The notes under the pieces were generated by a model. It did no database searches, was not told the DNA's origin, and worked only from the letters and a program-made list of their open reading frames with translations. Position numbers and translations under genes: made by a program. DNA of 64,000 nucleotides, from contig OZ059900.1 in the NCBI GenBank assembly GCA_964057225.1, forward strand, positions 19,096,001-19,160,000, given 5' to 3'. This document shows positions 1 to 13,200 of this stretch, in pieces; the stretch's first letter is position 1, and each line of letters opens with the position of its first letter. The DNA comes from Auanema rhodensis. Lineage: Eukaryota; Animalia; Nematoda.

Positions 1-342
1 ATTTTACATGCTGAACACTAGAAAAATACAAAAACACAGTGTTTCCCATGAGAAATATTTTATTATGCTGGAAAACCAGTTTTTGGAAATTTCGCTGTAA
101 ACAAGGTTTTGACTTACGATTTCATGTGTTCAAACTCATGCAATGTCAATGAAACCTAGCTCAAAATTGTTCGTACAACGTCTAGTTCCACTTTCACGAC
201 AAAAAAACAGGGGTTAGAAAATTAAGGAAATTAGCATATTCTGAGGGCACGCCCCTCATGGCTAATATTGATTAAATCGATTTTTGTTCATATGAGTCGT
301 CAAATGCAACGAATTTCAGCGTGTTACATACTAAAATGAAGC
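1..342 (+). repeat. Representative 342-bp monomer (arbitrary phase)
   Basis: Hand count on the consensus gives 59 C and 57 G (33.9% GC), 10 CpG, many A/T tracts, and single ClaI (ATCGAT) and NdeI (CATATG) sites. Confidence 0.98.
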
Positions 343-386
343 ATTTTACATGCTGAACACTAGAAAAATACAAAAACACAGTATTC

Positions 387-3300
387 CCCATGAGAAATAT
401 TTTATTATGCTGGAAAACCAGTTTTTGGAAATTTCGCTGTAAACAAGGTTTTGACTTACGATTTCATGTGTTCAAACTCATGCAATGTCAATGAAACCTA
501 GCTCAAAATTGTTCGTACAACGTCTAGTTCCACTTTCACGACAAAAAAACAGGGGTTAGAAAATTAAGGAAATTAGCATATTCTGAGGGCACGCCCCTTA
601 TGGCTAATATTGATTAAATCGATTTTTGTTCATATGAGTCGTCAAATGCAACGAATTTCAGCGTGTTACATACTAAAATGAAGCATTTTACATGCTGAAC
701 ACTAGAAAAATACAAAAACACAGTATTTCCCATGAGAAATATTTTATTATGCTGGAAAACCAGTTTTTGGAAATTTCGCTGTAAACAAGGTTTTGACTTA
801 CGATTTCATGTGTTCAAACTCATGCAATGTCAATGAAACCTAGCTCAAAATTGTTCGTACAACGTCTAGTTCCACTTTCACGACAAAAAAACAGGGGTTA
901 GAAAATTAAGGAAATTAGCATATTCTGAGGGCACGCCCCTTATGGCTAATATTGATTAAATCGATTTTTGTTCATATGAGTCGTCAAATGCAACGAATTT
1001 CAGCGTGTTACATACTAAAATGAAGCATTTTACATGCTGAACACTAGAAAAATACAAAAACACAGTATTTCAAATGAGAAATATTTTATTATGCTGGAAA
1101 ACCAGTTTTTGGAAATTTCGCTGTAAACAAGGTTTTGACTTACGATTTCATGTGTTCAAACTCATGCAATGTCAATGAAACCTAGCTCAAAATTGTTCGT
1201 ACAACGTCTAGTTCCACTTTCACGACAAAAAAACAGGGGTTAGAAAATTAAGGAAATTAGCATATTCTGAGGGCACGCCCCTTATGGCTAATATTGATTA
1301 AATCGATTTTTGTTCATATGAGTCGTCAAATGCAACGAATTTCAGCGTGTTACAAACTAAAATGAAGCATTTTACATGCTGAACACTAGAAAAATACAAA
1401 AACACAGTGTTTCCCATGAGAAATATTTTATTATGCTGGAAAACCAGTTTTTGGAAATTTCGCTGTAAACAAGGTTTTGACTTACGATTTCATGTGTTCA
1501 AACTCATGCAATGTCAATGAAACCTAGCTCAAAATTGTTCGTACAACGTCTAGTTCCACTTTCACGACAAAAAAACAGGGGTTAGAAAATTAAGGAAATT
1601 AGCATATTCTGAGGGCACGCCCCTCATGGCTAATATTGATTAAATCGATTTTTGTTCATATGAGTCGTCAAATGCAACGAATTTCAGCGTGTTACATACT
1701 AAAATGAAGCATTTTACATGCTGAACACTAGAAAAATACAAAAACACAGTATTCCCCATGAGAAATATTTTATTATGCTGGAAAACCAGTTTTTGGAAAT
1801 TTCGCTGTAAACAAGGTTTTGACTTACGATTTCATGTGTTCAAACTCATGCAATGTCAATGAAACCTAGCTCAAAATTGTTCGTACAACGTCTAGTTCCA
1901 CTTTCACGACAAAAAAACAGGGGTTAGAAAATTAAGGAAATTAGCATATTCTGAGGGCACGCCCCTTATGGCTAATATTGATTAAATCGATTTTTGTTCA
2001 TATGAGTCGTCAAATGCAACGAATTTCAGCGTGTTACATACTAAAATGAAGCATTTTACATGCTGAACACTAGAAAAATACAAAAACACAGTATTTCCCA
2101 TGAGAAATATTTTATTATGCTGGAAAACCAGTTTTTGGAAATTTCGCTGTAAACAAGGTTTTGACTTACGATTTCATGTGTTCAAACTCATGCAATGTCA
2201 ATGAAACCTAGCTCAAAATTGTTCGTACAACGTCTAGTTCCACTTTCACAACAAAAAAACAGGGGTTAGAAAATTAAGGAAATTAGCATATTCTGAGGGC
2301 ACGCCCCTTATGGCTAATATTGATTAAATCGATTTTTGTTCATATGAGTCGTCAAATGCAACGAATTTCAGCGTGTTACATACTAAAATGAAGCATTTTA
2401 CATGCTGAACACTAGAAAAATACGAAAACACAGTATTTCCCATGAGAAATATTTTATTATGCTGGAAAACCAGTTTTTGGAAATTTCGCTGTAAACAAGG
2501 TTTTGACTTACGATTTCATGTGTTCAAACTCATGCAATGTCAATGAAACCTAGCTCAAAATTGTTCGTACAACGTCTAGTTCCACTTTCACGACAAAAAA
2601 ACAGGGGTTAGAAAATTAAGGAAATTAGCATATTCTGAGGGCACGCCCCTTATGGCTAATATTGATTAAATCGATTTTTGTTCATATGAGTCGTCAAATG
2701 CAACGAATTTCAGCGTGTTACAAACTAAAATGAAGCATTTTACATGCTGAACACTAGAAAAATACAAAAACACAGTGTTTCCCATGAGAAATATTTTATT
2801 ATGCTGGAAAACCAGTTTTTGGAAATTTCGCTGTAAACAAGGTTTTGACTTACGATTTCATGTGTTCAAACTCATGCAATGTCAATGAAACCTAGCTCAA
2901 AATTGTTCGTACAACGTCTAGTTCCACTTTCACGACAAAAAAACAGGGGTTAGAAAATTAAGGAAATTAGCATATTCTGAGGGCACGCCCCTCATGGCTA
3001 ATATTGATTAAATCGATTTTTGTTCATATGAGTCGTCAAATGCAACGAATTTCAGCGTGTTACATACTAAAATGAAGCATTTTACATGCTGAACACTAGA
3101 AAAATACAAAAACACAGTATTCCCCATGAGAAATATTTTATTATGCTGGAAAACCAGTTTTTGGAAATTTCGCTGTAAACAAGGTTTTGACTTACGATTT
3201 CATGTGTTCAAACTCATGCAATGTCAATGAAACCTAGCTCAAAATTGTTCGTACAACGTCTAGTTCCACTTTCACGACAAAAAAACAGGGGTTAGAAAAT

Positions 3301-6300
3301 TAAGGAAATTAGCATATTCTGAGGGCACGCCCCTTATGGCTAATATTGATTAAATCGATTTTTGTTCATATGAGTCGTCAAATGCAACGAATTTCAGCGT
3401 GTTACAAACTAAAATGAAGCATTTTACATGCTGAACACTAGAAAAATACAAAAACACAGTATTTCCCATGAGAAATATTTTATTATGCTGGAAAACCAGT
3501 TTTTGGAAATTTCGCTGTAAACAAGGTTTTGACTTACGATTTCATGTGTTCAAACTCATGCAATGTCAATGAAACCTAGCTCAAAATTGTTCGTACAACG
3601 TCTAGTTCCACTTTCACGACAAAAAAACAGGGGTTAGAAAATTAAGGAAATTAGCATATTCTGAGGGCACGCCCCTTATGGCTAATATTGATTAAATCGA
3701 TTTTTGTTCATATGAGTCGTCAAATGCAACGAATTTCAGCGTGTTACATACTAAAATGAAGCATTTTACATGCTGAACACTAGAAAAATACAAAAACACA
3801 GTATTTCCCATGAGAAATATTTTATTATGCTGGAAAACCAGTTTTTGGAAATTTCGCTGTAAACAAGGTTTTGACTTACGATTTCATGTGTTCAAACTCA
3901 TGCAATGTCAATGAAACCTAGCTCAAAATTGTTCGTACAACGTCTAGTTCCACTTTCACGACAAAAAAACAGGGGTTAGAAAATTAAGGAAATTAGCATA
4001 TTCTGAGGGCACGCCCCTTATGGCTAATATTGATTAAATCGATTTTTGTTCATATGAGTCGTCAAATGCAACGAATTTCAGCGTGTTACATACTAAAATG
4101 AAGCATTTTACATGCTGAACACTAGAAAAATACAAAAACACAGTATTTCAAATGAGAAATATTTTATTATGCTGGAAAACCAGTTTTTGGAAATTTCGCT
4201 GTAAACAAGGTTTTGACTTACGATTTCATGTGTTCAAACTCATGCAATGTCAATGAAACCTAGCTCAAAATTGTTCGTACAACGTCTAGTTCCACTTTCA
4301 CGACAAAAAAACAGGGGTTAGAAAATTAAGGAAATTAGCATATTCTGAGGGCACGCCCCTTATGGCTAATATTGATTAAATCGATTTTTGTTCATATGAG
4401 TCGTCAAATGCAACGAATTTCAGCGTGTTACAAACTAAAATGAAGCATTTTACATGCTGAACACTAGAAAAATACAAAAACACAGTGTTTCCCATGAGAA
4501 ATATTTTATTATGCTGGAAAACCAGTTTTTGGAAATTTCGCTGTAAACAAGGTTTTGACTTACGATTTCATGTGTTCAAACTCATGCAATGTCAATGAAA
4601 CCTAGCTCAAAATTGTTCGTACAACGTCTAGTTCCACTTTCACGACAAAAAAACAGGGGTTAGAAAATTAAGGAAATTAGCATATTCTGAGGGCACGCCC
4701 CTCATGGCTAATATTGATTAAATCGATTTTTGTTCATATGAGTCGTCAAATGCAACGAATTTCAGCGTGTTACATACTAAAATGAAGCATTTTACATGCT
4801 GAACACTAGAAAAATACAAAAACACAGTATTCCCCATGAGAAATATTTTATTATGCTGGAAAACCAGTTTTTGGAAATTTCGCTGTAAACAAGGTTTTGA
4901 CTTACGATTTCATGTGTTCAAACTCATGCAATGTCAATGAAACCTAGCTCAAAATTGTTCGTACAACGTCTAGTTCCACTTTCACGACAAAAAAACAGGG
5001 GTTAGAAAATTAAGGAAATTAGCATATTCTGAGGGCACGCCCCTTATGGCTAATATTGATTAAATCGATTTTTGTTCATATGAGTCGTCAAATGCAACGA
5101 ATTTCAGCGTGTTACATACTAAAATGAAGCATTTTACATGCTGAACACTAGAAAAATACAAAAACACAGTATTTCCCATGAGAAATATTTTATTATGCTG
5201 GAAAACCAGTTTTTGGAAATTTCGCTGTAAACAAGGTTTTGACTTACGATTTCATGTGTTCAAACTCATGCAATGTCAATGAAACCTAGCTCAAAATTGT
5301 TCGTACAACGTCTAGTTCCACTTTCACAACAAAAAAACAGGGGTTAGAAAATTAAGGAAATTAGCATATTCTGAGGGCACGCCCCTTATGGCTAATATTG
5401 ATTAAATCGATTTTTGTTCATATGAGTCGTCAAATGCAACGAATTTCAGCGTGTTACATACTAAAATGAAGCATTTTACATGCTGAACACTAGAAAAATA
5501 CGAAAACACAGTATTTCCCATGAGAAATATTTTATTATGCTGGAAAACCAGTTTTTGGAAATTTCGCTGTAAACAAGGTTTTGACTTACGATTTCATGTG
5601 TTCAAACTCATGCAATGTCAATGAAACCTAGCTCAAAATTGTTCGTACAACGTCTAGTTCCACTTTCACGACAAAAAAACAGGGGTTAGAAAATTAAGGA
5701 AATTAGCATATTCTGAGGGCACGCCCCTTATGGCTAATATTGATTAAATCGATTTTTGTTCATATGAGTCGTCAAATGCAACGAATTTCAGCGTGTTACA
5801 AACTAAAATGAAGCATTTTACATGCTGAACACTAGAAAAATACAAAAACACAGTGTTTCCCATGAGAAATATTTTATTATGCTGGAAAACCAGTTTTTGG
5901 AAATTTCGCTGTAAACAAGGTTTTGACTTACGATTTCATGTGTTCAAACTCATGCAATGTCAATGAAACCTAGCTCAAAATTGTTCGTACAACGTCTAGT
6001 TCCACTTTCACGACAAAAAAACAGGGGTTAGAAAATTAAGGAAATTAGCATATTCTGAGGGCACGCCCCTCATGGCTAATATTGATTAAATCGATTTTTG
6101 TTCATATGAGTCGTCAAATGCAACGAATTTCAGCGTGTTACATACTAAAATGAAGCATTTTACATGCTGAACACTAGAAAAATACAAAAACACAGTATTC
6201 CCCATGAGAAATATTTTATTATGCTGGAAAACCAGTTTTTGGAAATTTCGCTGTAAACAAGGTTTTGACTTACGATTTCATGTGTTCAAACTCATGCAAT

Positions 6301-6754
6301 GTCAATGAAACCTAGCTCAAAATTGTTCGTACAACGTCTAGTTCCACTTTCACGACAAAAAAACAGGGGTTAGAAAATTAAGGAAATTAGCATATTCTGA
6401 GGGCACGCCCCTTATGGCTAATATTGATTAAATCGATTTTTGTTCATATGAGTCGTCAAATGCAACGAATTTCAGCGTGTTACAAACTAAAATGAAGCAT
6501 TTTACATGCTGAACACTAGAAAAATACAAAAACACAGTATTTCCCATGAGAAATATTTTATTATGCTGGAAAACCAGTTTTTGGAAATTTCGCTGTAAAC
6601 AAGGTTTTGACTTACGATTTCATGTGTTCAAACTCATGCAATGTCAATGAAACCTAGCTCAAAATTGTTCGTACAACGTCTAGTTCCACTTTCACGACAA
6701 AAAAACAGGGGTTAGAAAATTAAGGAAATTAGCATATTCTGAGGGCACGCCCCT
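387..6754 (+). repeat. 9-monomer (3078-bp) higher-order tandem duplication
   Basis: Rare markers recur 3078 bp apart: TTTCAAATGAG (1072/4150), TTCACAAC (2250/5328), TACGAAAAC (2424/5502), CCCTCATG (1625/4703 and 2993/6071). Confidence 0.93.
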
Positions 6755-7866
6755 CATGGCTAATATTGATTAAATCGATTTTTGTTCATATGAGTCGTCA
6801 AATGCAACGAATTTCAGCGTGTTACATACTAAAATGAAGCATTTTACATGCTGAACACTAGAAAAATACAAAAACACAGTATTCCCCATGAGAAATATTT
6901 TATTATGCTGGAAAACCAGTTTTTGGAAATTTCGCTGTAAACAAGGTTTTGACTTACGATTTCATGTGTTCAAACTCATGCAATGTCAATGAAACCTAGC
7001 TCAAAATTGTTCGTACAACGTCTAGTTCCACTTTCACGACAAAAAAACAGGGGTTAGAAAATTAAGGAAATTAGCATATTCTGAGGGCACGCCCCTTATG
7101 GCTAATATTGATTAAATCGATTTTTGTTCATATGAGTCGTCAAATGCAACGAATTTCAGCGTGTTACATACTAAAATGAAGCATTTTACATGCTGAACAC
7201 TAGAAAAATACAAAAACACAGTATTTCCCATGAGAAATATTTTATTATGCTGGAAAACCAGTTTTTGGAAATTTCGCTGTAAACAAGGTTTTGACTTACG
7301 ATTTCATGTGTTCAAACTCATGCAATGTCAATGAAACCTAGCTCAAAATTGTTCGTACAACGTCTAGTTCCACTTTCACGACAAAAAAACAGGGGTTAGA
7401 AAATTAAGGAAATTAGCATATTCTGAGGGCACGCCCCTTATGGCTAATATTGATTAAATCGATTTTTGTTCATATGAGTCGTCAAATGCAACGAATTTCA
7501 GCGTGTTACATACTAAAATGAAGCATTTTACATGCTGAACACTAGAAAAATACAAAAACACAGTATTTCCCATGAGAAATATTTTATTATGCTGGAAAAC
7601 CAGTTTTTGGAAATTTCGCTGTAAACAAGGTTTTGACTTACGATTTCATGTGTTCAAACTCATGCAATGTCAATGAAACCTAGCTCAAAATTGTTCGTAC
7701 AACGTCTAGTTCCACTTTCACGACAAAAAAACAGGGGTTAGAAAATTAAGGAAATTAGCATATTCTGAGGGCACGCCCCTTATGGCTAATATTGATTAAA
7801 TCGATTTTTGTTCATATGAGTCGTCAAATGCAACGAATTTCAGCGTGTTACATACTAAAATGAAGC

Positions 7867-10200
7867 ATTTTACATGCTGAACACTAGAAGAATACAAAAA
7901 CACAGTATTTCCCATGAGAAATATTTTATTATGCTGGAAAACCAGTTTGTGGAAATTTCGCTGTAAACAAGGTTTTGACTTACGATTTCATGTGTTCAAA
8001 CTCATGCAATGTCAATGAAACCTAGCTCAAAATTGTTCGTACAACGTCTAGTTCCACTTTCACGACAAAAAAACAGGGGTTAGAAAATTAAGGAAATTAG
8101 CATATTCTGAGGGCACGCCCCTTATGGCTAATATTGATTAAATCGATTTTTGTTCATATGAGTCGTCAAATGCAACGAATTTCAGCGTGTTACATACTAA
8201 AATGAAGCATTTTACATGCTGAACACTAGAAAAATACAAAAACACAGTATTTCCCATGAGAAATATTTTATCATGCTGGAAAACCAGTTTTTGGAAATTT
8301 CGCTGTAAACAAGGTTTTGACTTACGATTTCATGTGTTCAAACTCATGCAATGTCAATGAAACCTAGCTCAAAATTGTTTGTACAACGTCTAGTTCCACT
8401 TTCACGACAAAAAAACAAGGGTTAGAAAATTAAGGAAATTAGCATATTCTGAGGGCACGCCCCTTATGGCTAATATTGATTAAATCGATTTTTGTTCATA
8501 TGAGTCGTCAAATGCAACGAATTTCAGCGTGTTACATACTAAAATGAAGCATTTTACATGCTGAACACTAGAAAAATACAAAAACACAGTATTTCCCATG
8601 AGAAATATTTTATTATGCTGGAAAACCAGTTTTTGGAAATTTCGCTGTAAACAAGGTTTTGACTTACGATTTCATGTGTTCAAACTCATGCAATGTCAAT
8701 GAAACCTAGCTCAAAATTGTTTGTACAACGTCTAGTTCCACTTTCACGACAAAAAAACAGGGGTTAGAAAATTAAGGAAATTAGCATATTCTGAGGGCAC
8801 GCCCCTTATGGCTAATATTGATTAAATCGATTTTTGTTCATATGAGTCGTCAAATGCAACGAATTTCAGCGTGTTACATACTAAAATGAAGCATTTTACA
8901 TGCTGAACACTAGAAAAATACAAAAACACAGTATTTCCCATGAGAAATATTTTATTATGCTGGAAAACCAGTTTTTGGAAATTTCGCTGTAAACAAGGTT
9001 TTGACTTACGATTTCATGTGTTCAAACTCATGCAATGTCAATGAAACCTAGCTCAAAATTGTTCGTACAACGTCTAGTTCCACTTTCACGACAAAAAAAC
9101 AGGGGTTAGAAAATTAAGGAAATTAGCATATTCTGAGGGCACGCCCCTTATGGCTAATATTGATTAAATCGATTTTTGTTCATATGAGTCGTCAAATGCA
9201 ACGAATTTCAGCGTGTTACATACTAAAATGAAGCATTTTACATGCTGAACACTAGAAGAATACAAAAACACAGTATTTCCCATGAGAAATATTTTATTAT
9301 GCTGGAAAACCAGTTTGTGGAAATTTCGCTGTAAACAAGGTTTTGACTTACGATTTCATGTGTTCAAACTCATGCAATGTCAATGAAACCTAGCTCAAAA
9401 TTGTTCGTACAACGTCTAGTTCCACTTTCACGACAAAAAAACAGGGGTTAGAAAATTAAGGAAATTAGCATATTCTGAGGGCACGCCCCTTATGGCTAAT
9501 ATTGATTAAATCGATTTTTGTTCATATGAGTCGTCAAATGCAACGAATTTCAGCGTGTTACATACTAAAATGAAGCATTTTACATGCTGAACACTAGAAA
9601 AATACAAAAACACAGTATTTCCCATGAGAAATATTTTATCATGCTGGAAAACCAGTTTTTGGAAATTTCGCTGTAAACAAGGTTTTGACTTACGATTTCA
9701 TGTGTTCAAACTCATGCAATGTCAATGAAACCTAGCTCAAAATTGTTTGTACAACGTCTAGTTCCACTTTCACGACAAAAAAACAAGGGTTAGAAAATTA
9801 AGGAAATTAGCATATTCTGAGGGCACGCCCCTTATGGCTAATATTGATTAAATCGATTTTTGTTCATATGAGTCGTCAAATGCAACGAATTTCAGCGTGT
9901 TACATACTAAAATGAAGCATTTTACATGCTGAACACTAGAAAAATACAAAAACACAGTATTTCCCATGAGAAATATTTTATTATGCTGGAAAACCAGTTT
10001 TTGGAAATTTCGCTGTAAACAAGGTTTTGACTTACGATTTCATGTGTTCAAACTCATGCAATGTCAATGAAACCTAGCTCAAAATTGTTTGTACAACGTC
10101 TAGTTCCACTTTCACGACAAAAAAACAGGGGTTAGAAAATTAAGGAAATTAGCATATTCTGAGGGCACGCCCCTTATGGCTAATATTGATTAAATCGATT
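7867..10200 (+). repeat. 4-monomer (1368-bp) local duplication
   Basis: The series [GAAGAAT+TTTGTGG], [TATCATG+TTTGTAC+CAAGGG], [TTTGTAC only] starts at 7867 and again at 9235. Confidence 0.85.
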
Positions 10201-13200
10201 TTTGTTTATATGAGTCGTCAAATGCAACGAATTTCAGCGTGTTACACACTAAAATGAAGCATTTCACATGCTGAACACTAGAAGAATACAAAAACACAGT
10301 ATTTCTCATGAGAAATATTTTATTATGCTGGAAAACCAGTTTTTGGAAATTTCGCTGTAAACAAGGTTTTGACTTACGATTTCATGTGTTCAAACTCATG
10401 CAATGTCAATGAAACCTAGCTCAAAATTGTTTGTACAACGTCTAGTTCCACTTTCACGACAAAAAAACAGGGGTTAGAAAATTAAGGAAATTAGCATATT
10501 CTGAGGGCACGCCCCTTATGGCTAATATTGATTAAATCGATTTTTGTTCATATGAGTCGTCAAATGCAACGAATTTCAGCGTGTTACACACTAAAATGAA
10601 GCATTTCACATGCTGAACACTAGAAGAATACAAAAACACAGTATTTCCCATGAGAAATATTTTATCATGCTGGAAAACCAGTTTTTGGAAATTTCGCTGT
10701 AAACAAGGTTTTGACTTACGATTTCATGTGTTCAAACTCATGCAATGTCAATGAAACCTAGCTCAAAATTGTTCGTACAACGTCTAGTTCCACTTTCACG
10801 ACAAAAAAACGGGGGTTAGAAAATTAAGGAAATTAGCATATTCTGAGGGCACGCCCCTTATGGCTAATATTGATTAAATCGATTTTTGTTCATATGAGTC
10901 GTCAAATGCAACGAATTTCAGCGTGTTACATACTAAAATGAAGCATTTTACATGCTGAACACTAGAAAAATACAAAAACACAGTATTTCCCATGATAAAT
11001 ATTTTATTATGCTGGAAAACCAGTTTTTGGAAATTTCGCTGTAAACAAGGTTTTGACTTACGATTTCATGTGTTCAAACTCATGCAATGTCAATGAAACC
11101 TAGCTCAAAATTGTTCGTACAACGTCTAGTTCCACTTTCACGACAAAAAAACAGGGGTTAGAAAATTAAGGAAATTAGCATATTCTGAGGGCACGCCCCT
11201 TATGGCTAATATTGATTAAATCGATTTTTGTTCATATGAGTCGTCAAATGCAACGAATTTCAGCGTGTTAGATACTAAAATGAAGCATTTTACATGCTGA
11301 ACACTAGAAGAATACAAAAACACAGTATTTCCCATGAGAAATATTTTATTATGCTGGAAAACCAGTTTGTGGAAATTTCGCTGTAAACAAGGTTTTGACT
11401 TACGATTTCATGTGTTCAAACTCATGCAATGTCAATGAAACCTAGCTCAAAATTGTTCGTACAACGTCTAGTTCCACTTTCACGACAAAAAAACAGGGGT
11501 TAGAAAATTAAGGAAATTAGCATATTCTGAGGGCACGCCCCTTATGGCTAATATTGATTAAATCGATTTTTGTTCATATGAGTCGTCAAATGCAACGAAT
11601 TTCAGCGTGTTACACACTAAAATGAAGCATTTCACATGCTGAACACTAGAAGAATACAAAAACACAGTATTTCCCATGAGAAATATTTTATTATGCTGGA
11701 AAACCAGTTTTTCGAAATTTCGCTGTAAACAAGGTTTTGACTTACGATTTCATGTGTTCAAACTCATGCAATGTCAATGAAACCTAGCTCAAAATTGTTC
11801 GTACAACGTCTAGTTCCACTTTCACGACAAAAAAACAAGGGTTAGAAAATTAAGGAAATTAGCATATTCTGAGGGCACGCCCCTTATGGCTAATATTGAT
11901 TAAATCGATTTTTGTTCATATGAGTCGTCAAATGCAACGAATTTCAGCGTGTTACATACTAAAATGAAGCATTTTACATGCTGAACACTAGAAAAATACA
12001 AAAACACAGTATTTCCCATGAGAAATGTTTTATTATGCTGGAAAACCAGTTTTTGGAAATTTCGCTGTAAACAAGGTTTTGACTTACGATTTCATGTGTT
12101 CAAACTCATGCAATGTCAATGAAACCTAGCTCAAAATTGTTCGTACAACGTCTAGTTCCACTTTCACGACAAAAAAACAGGGGTTAGAAAATTAAGGAAA
12201 TTAGCATATTCTGAGGGCACGCCCCTTATGGCTAATATTGATTAAATCGATTTTTGTTCATATGAGTCGTCAAATGCAACGAATTTCAGCGTGTTACATA
12301 CTAAAATGAAGCATTTTACATGCTGAACACTAGAAGAATACAAAAACACAGTATTTCCCATGAGAAATATTTTATTATGCTGGAAAACCAGTTTGTGGAA
12401 ATTTCGCTGTAAACAAGGTTTTGACTTACGATTTCATGTGTTAAAACTCATGCAATGTCAATGAAACCTAGCTCAAAATTGTTCGTACAACGTCTAGTTC
12501 CACTTTCACGACAAAAAAACAGGGGTTAGAAAATTAAGGAAATTAGCATATTCTGAGGGCACGCCCCTTATGGCTAATATTGATTAAATCGATTTTTGTT
12601 CATATGAGTCGTCAAATGCAACGAATTTCAGCGTGTTACACACTAAAATGAAGCATTTCACATGCTGAACACTAGAAGAATACAAAAACACAGTATTTCC
12701 CATGAGAAATATTTTATTATGCTGGAAAACCAGTTTTTGGAAATTTCGCTGTAAACAAGGTTTTGACTTACGATTTCATGTGTTCAAACTCATGCAATGT
12801 CAATGAAACCTAGCTCAAAATTGTTCGTACAACGTCTAGTTCCACTTTCACGACAAAAAAACAGGGGTTAGAAAATTAAGGAAATTAGCATATTCTGAGG
12901 GCACGCCCCTTATGGCTAATATTGATTAAATCGATTTTTGTTCATATGAGTCGTCAAATGCAACGAATTTCAGCGTGTTACACACTAAAATGAAGCATTT
13001 CACATGCTGAACACTAGAAGAATACAAAAACACAGTATTTCCCATGAGAAATATTTTATTATGCTGGAAAACCAGTTTTTCGAAATTTCGCTGTAAACAA
13101 GGTTTTGACTTACGATTTCATGTGTTCAAACTCATGCAATGTCAATGAAACCTAGCTCAAAATTGTTCGTACAACGTCTAGTTCCACTTTCACGACAAAA

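Noticed and set aside
210-240. Telomere-like GGGGTTAG-AAAATTAAGG-AAATTAGC
   Set aside because: There is no exact TTAGG or TTAGGG tandem; three degenerate TTA(A)G words are expected by chance in AT-rich DNA.
20-290. Phased A-tracts causing intrinsic curvature
   Set aside because: A/T tracts are abundant, but I could not establish a consistent ~10.5-bp phasing by eye; this needs a curvature or Fourier calculation.
1-342. 5S rRNA, tRNA or snRNA tandem gene unit
   Set aside because: I recognise no 5S, tRNA cloverleaf, Pol III A/B box or snRNA sequence on either strand. An Rfam/Infernal scan would be decisive.
1-342. Primate alpha-satellite dimer (2x171 bp)
   Set aside because: The length coincides, but I see no recognisable alphoid sequence and no intact CENP-B box.
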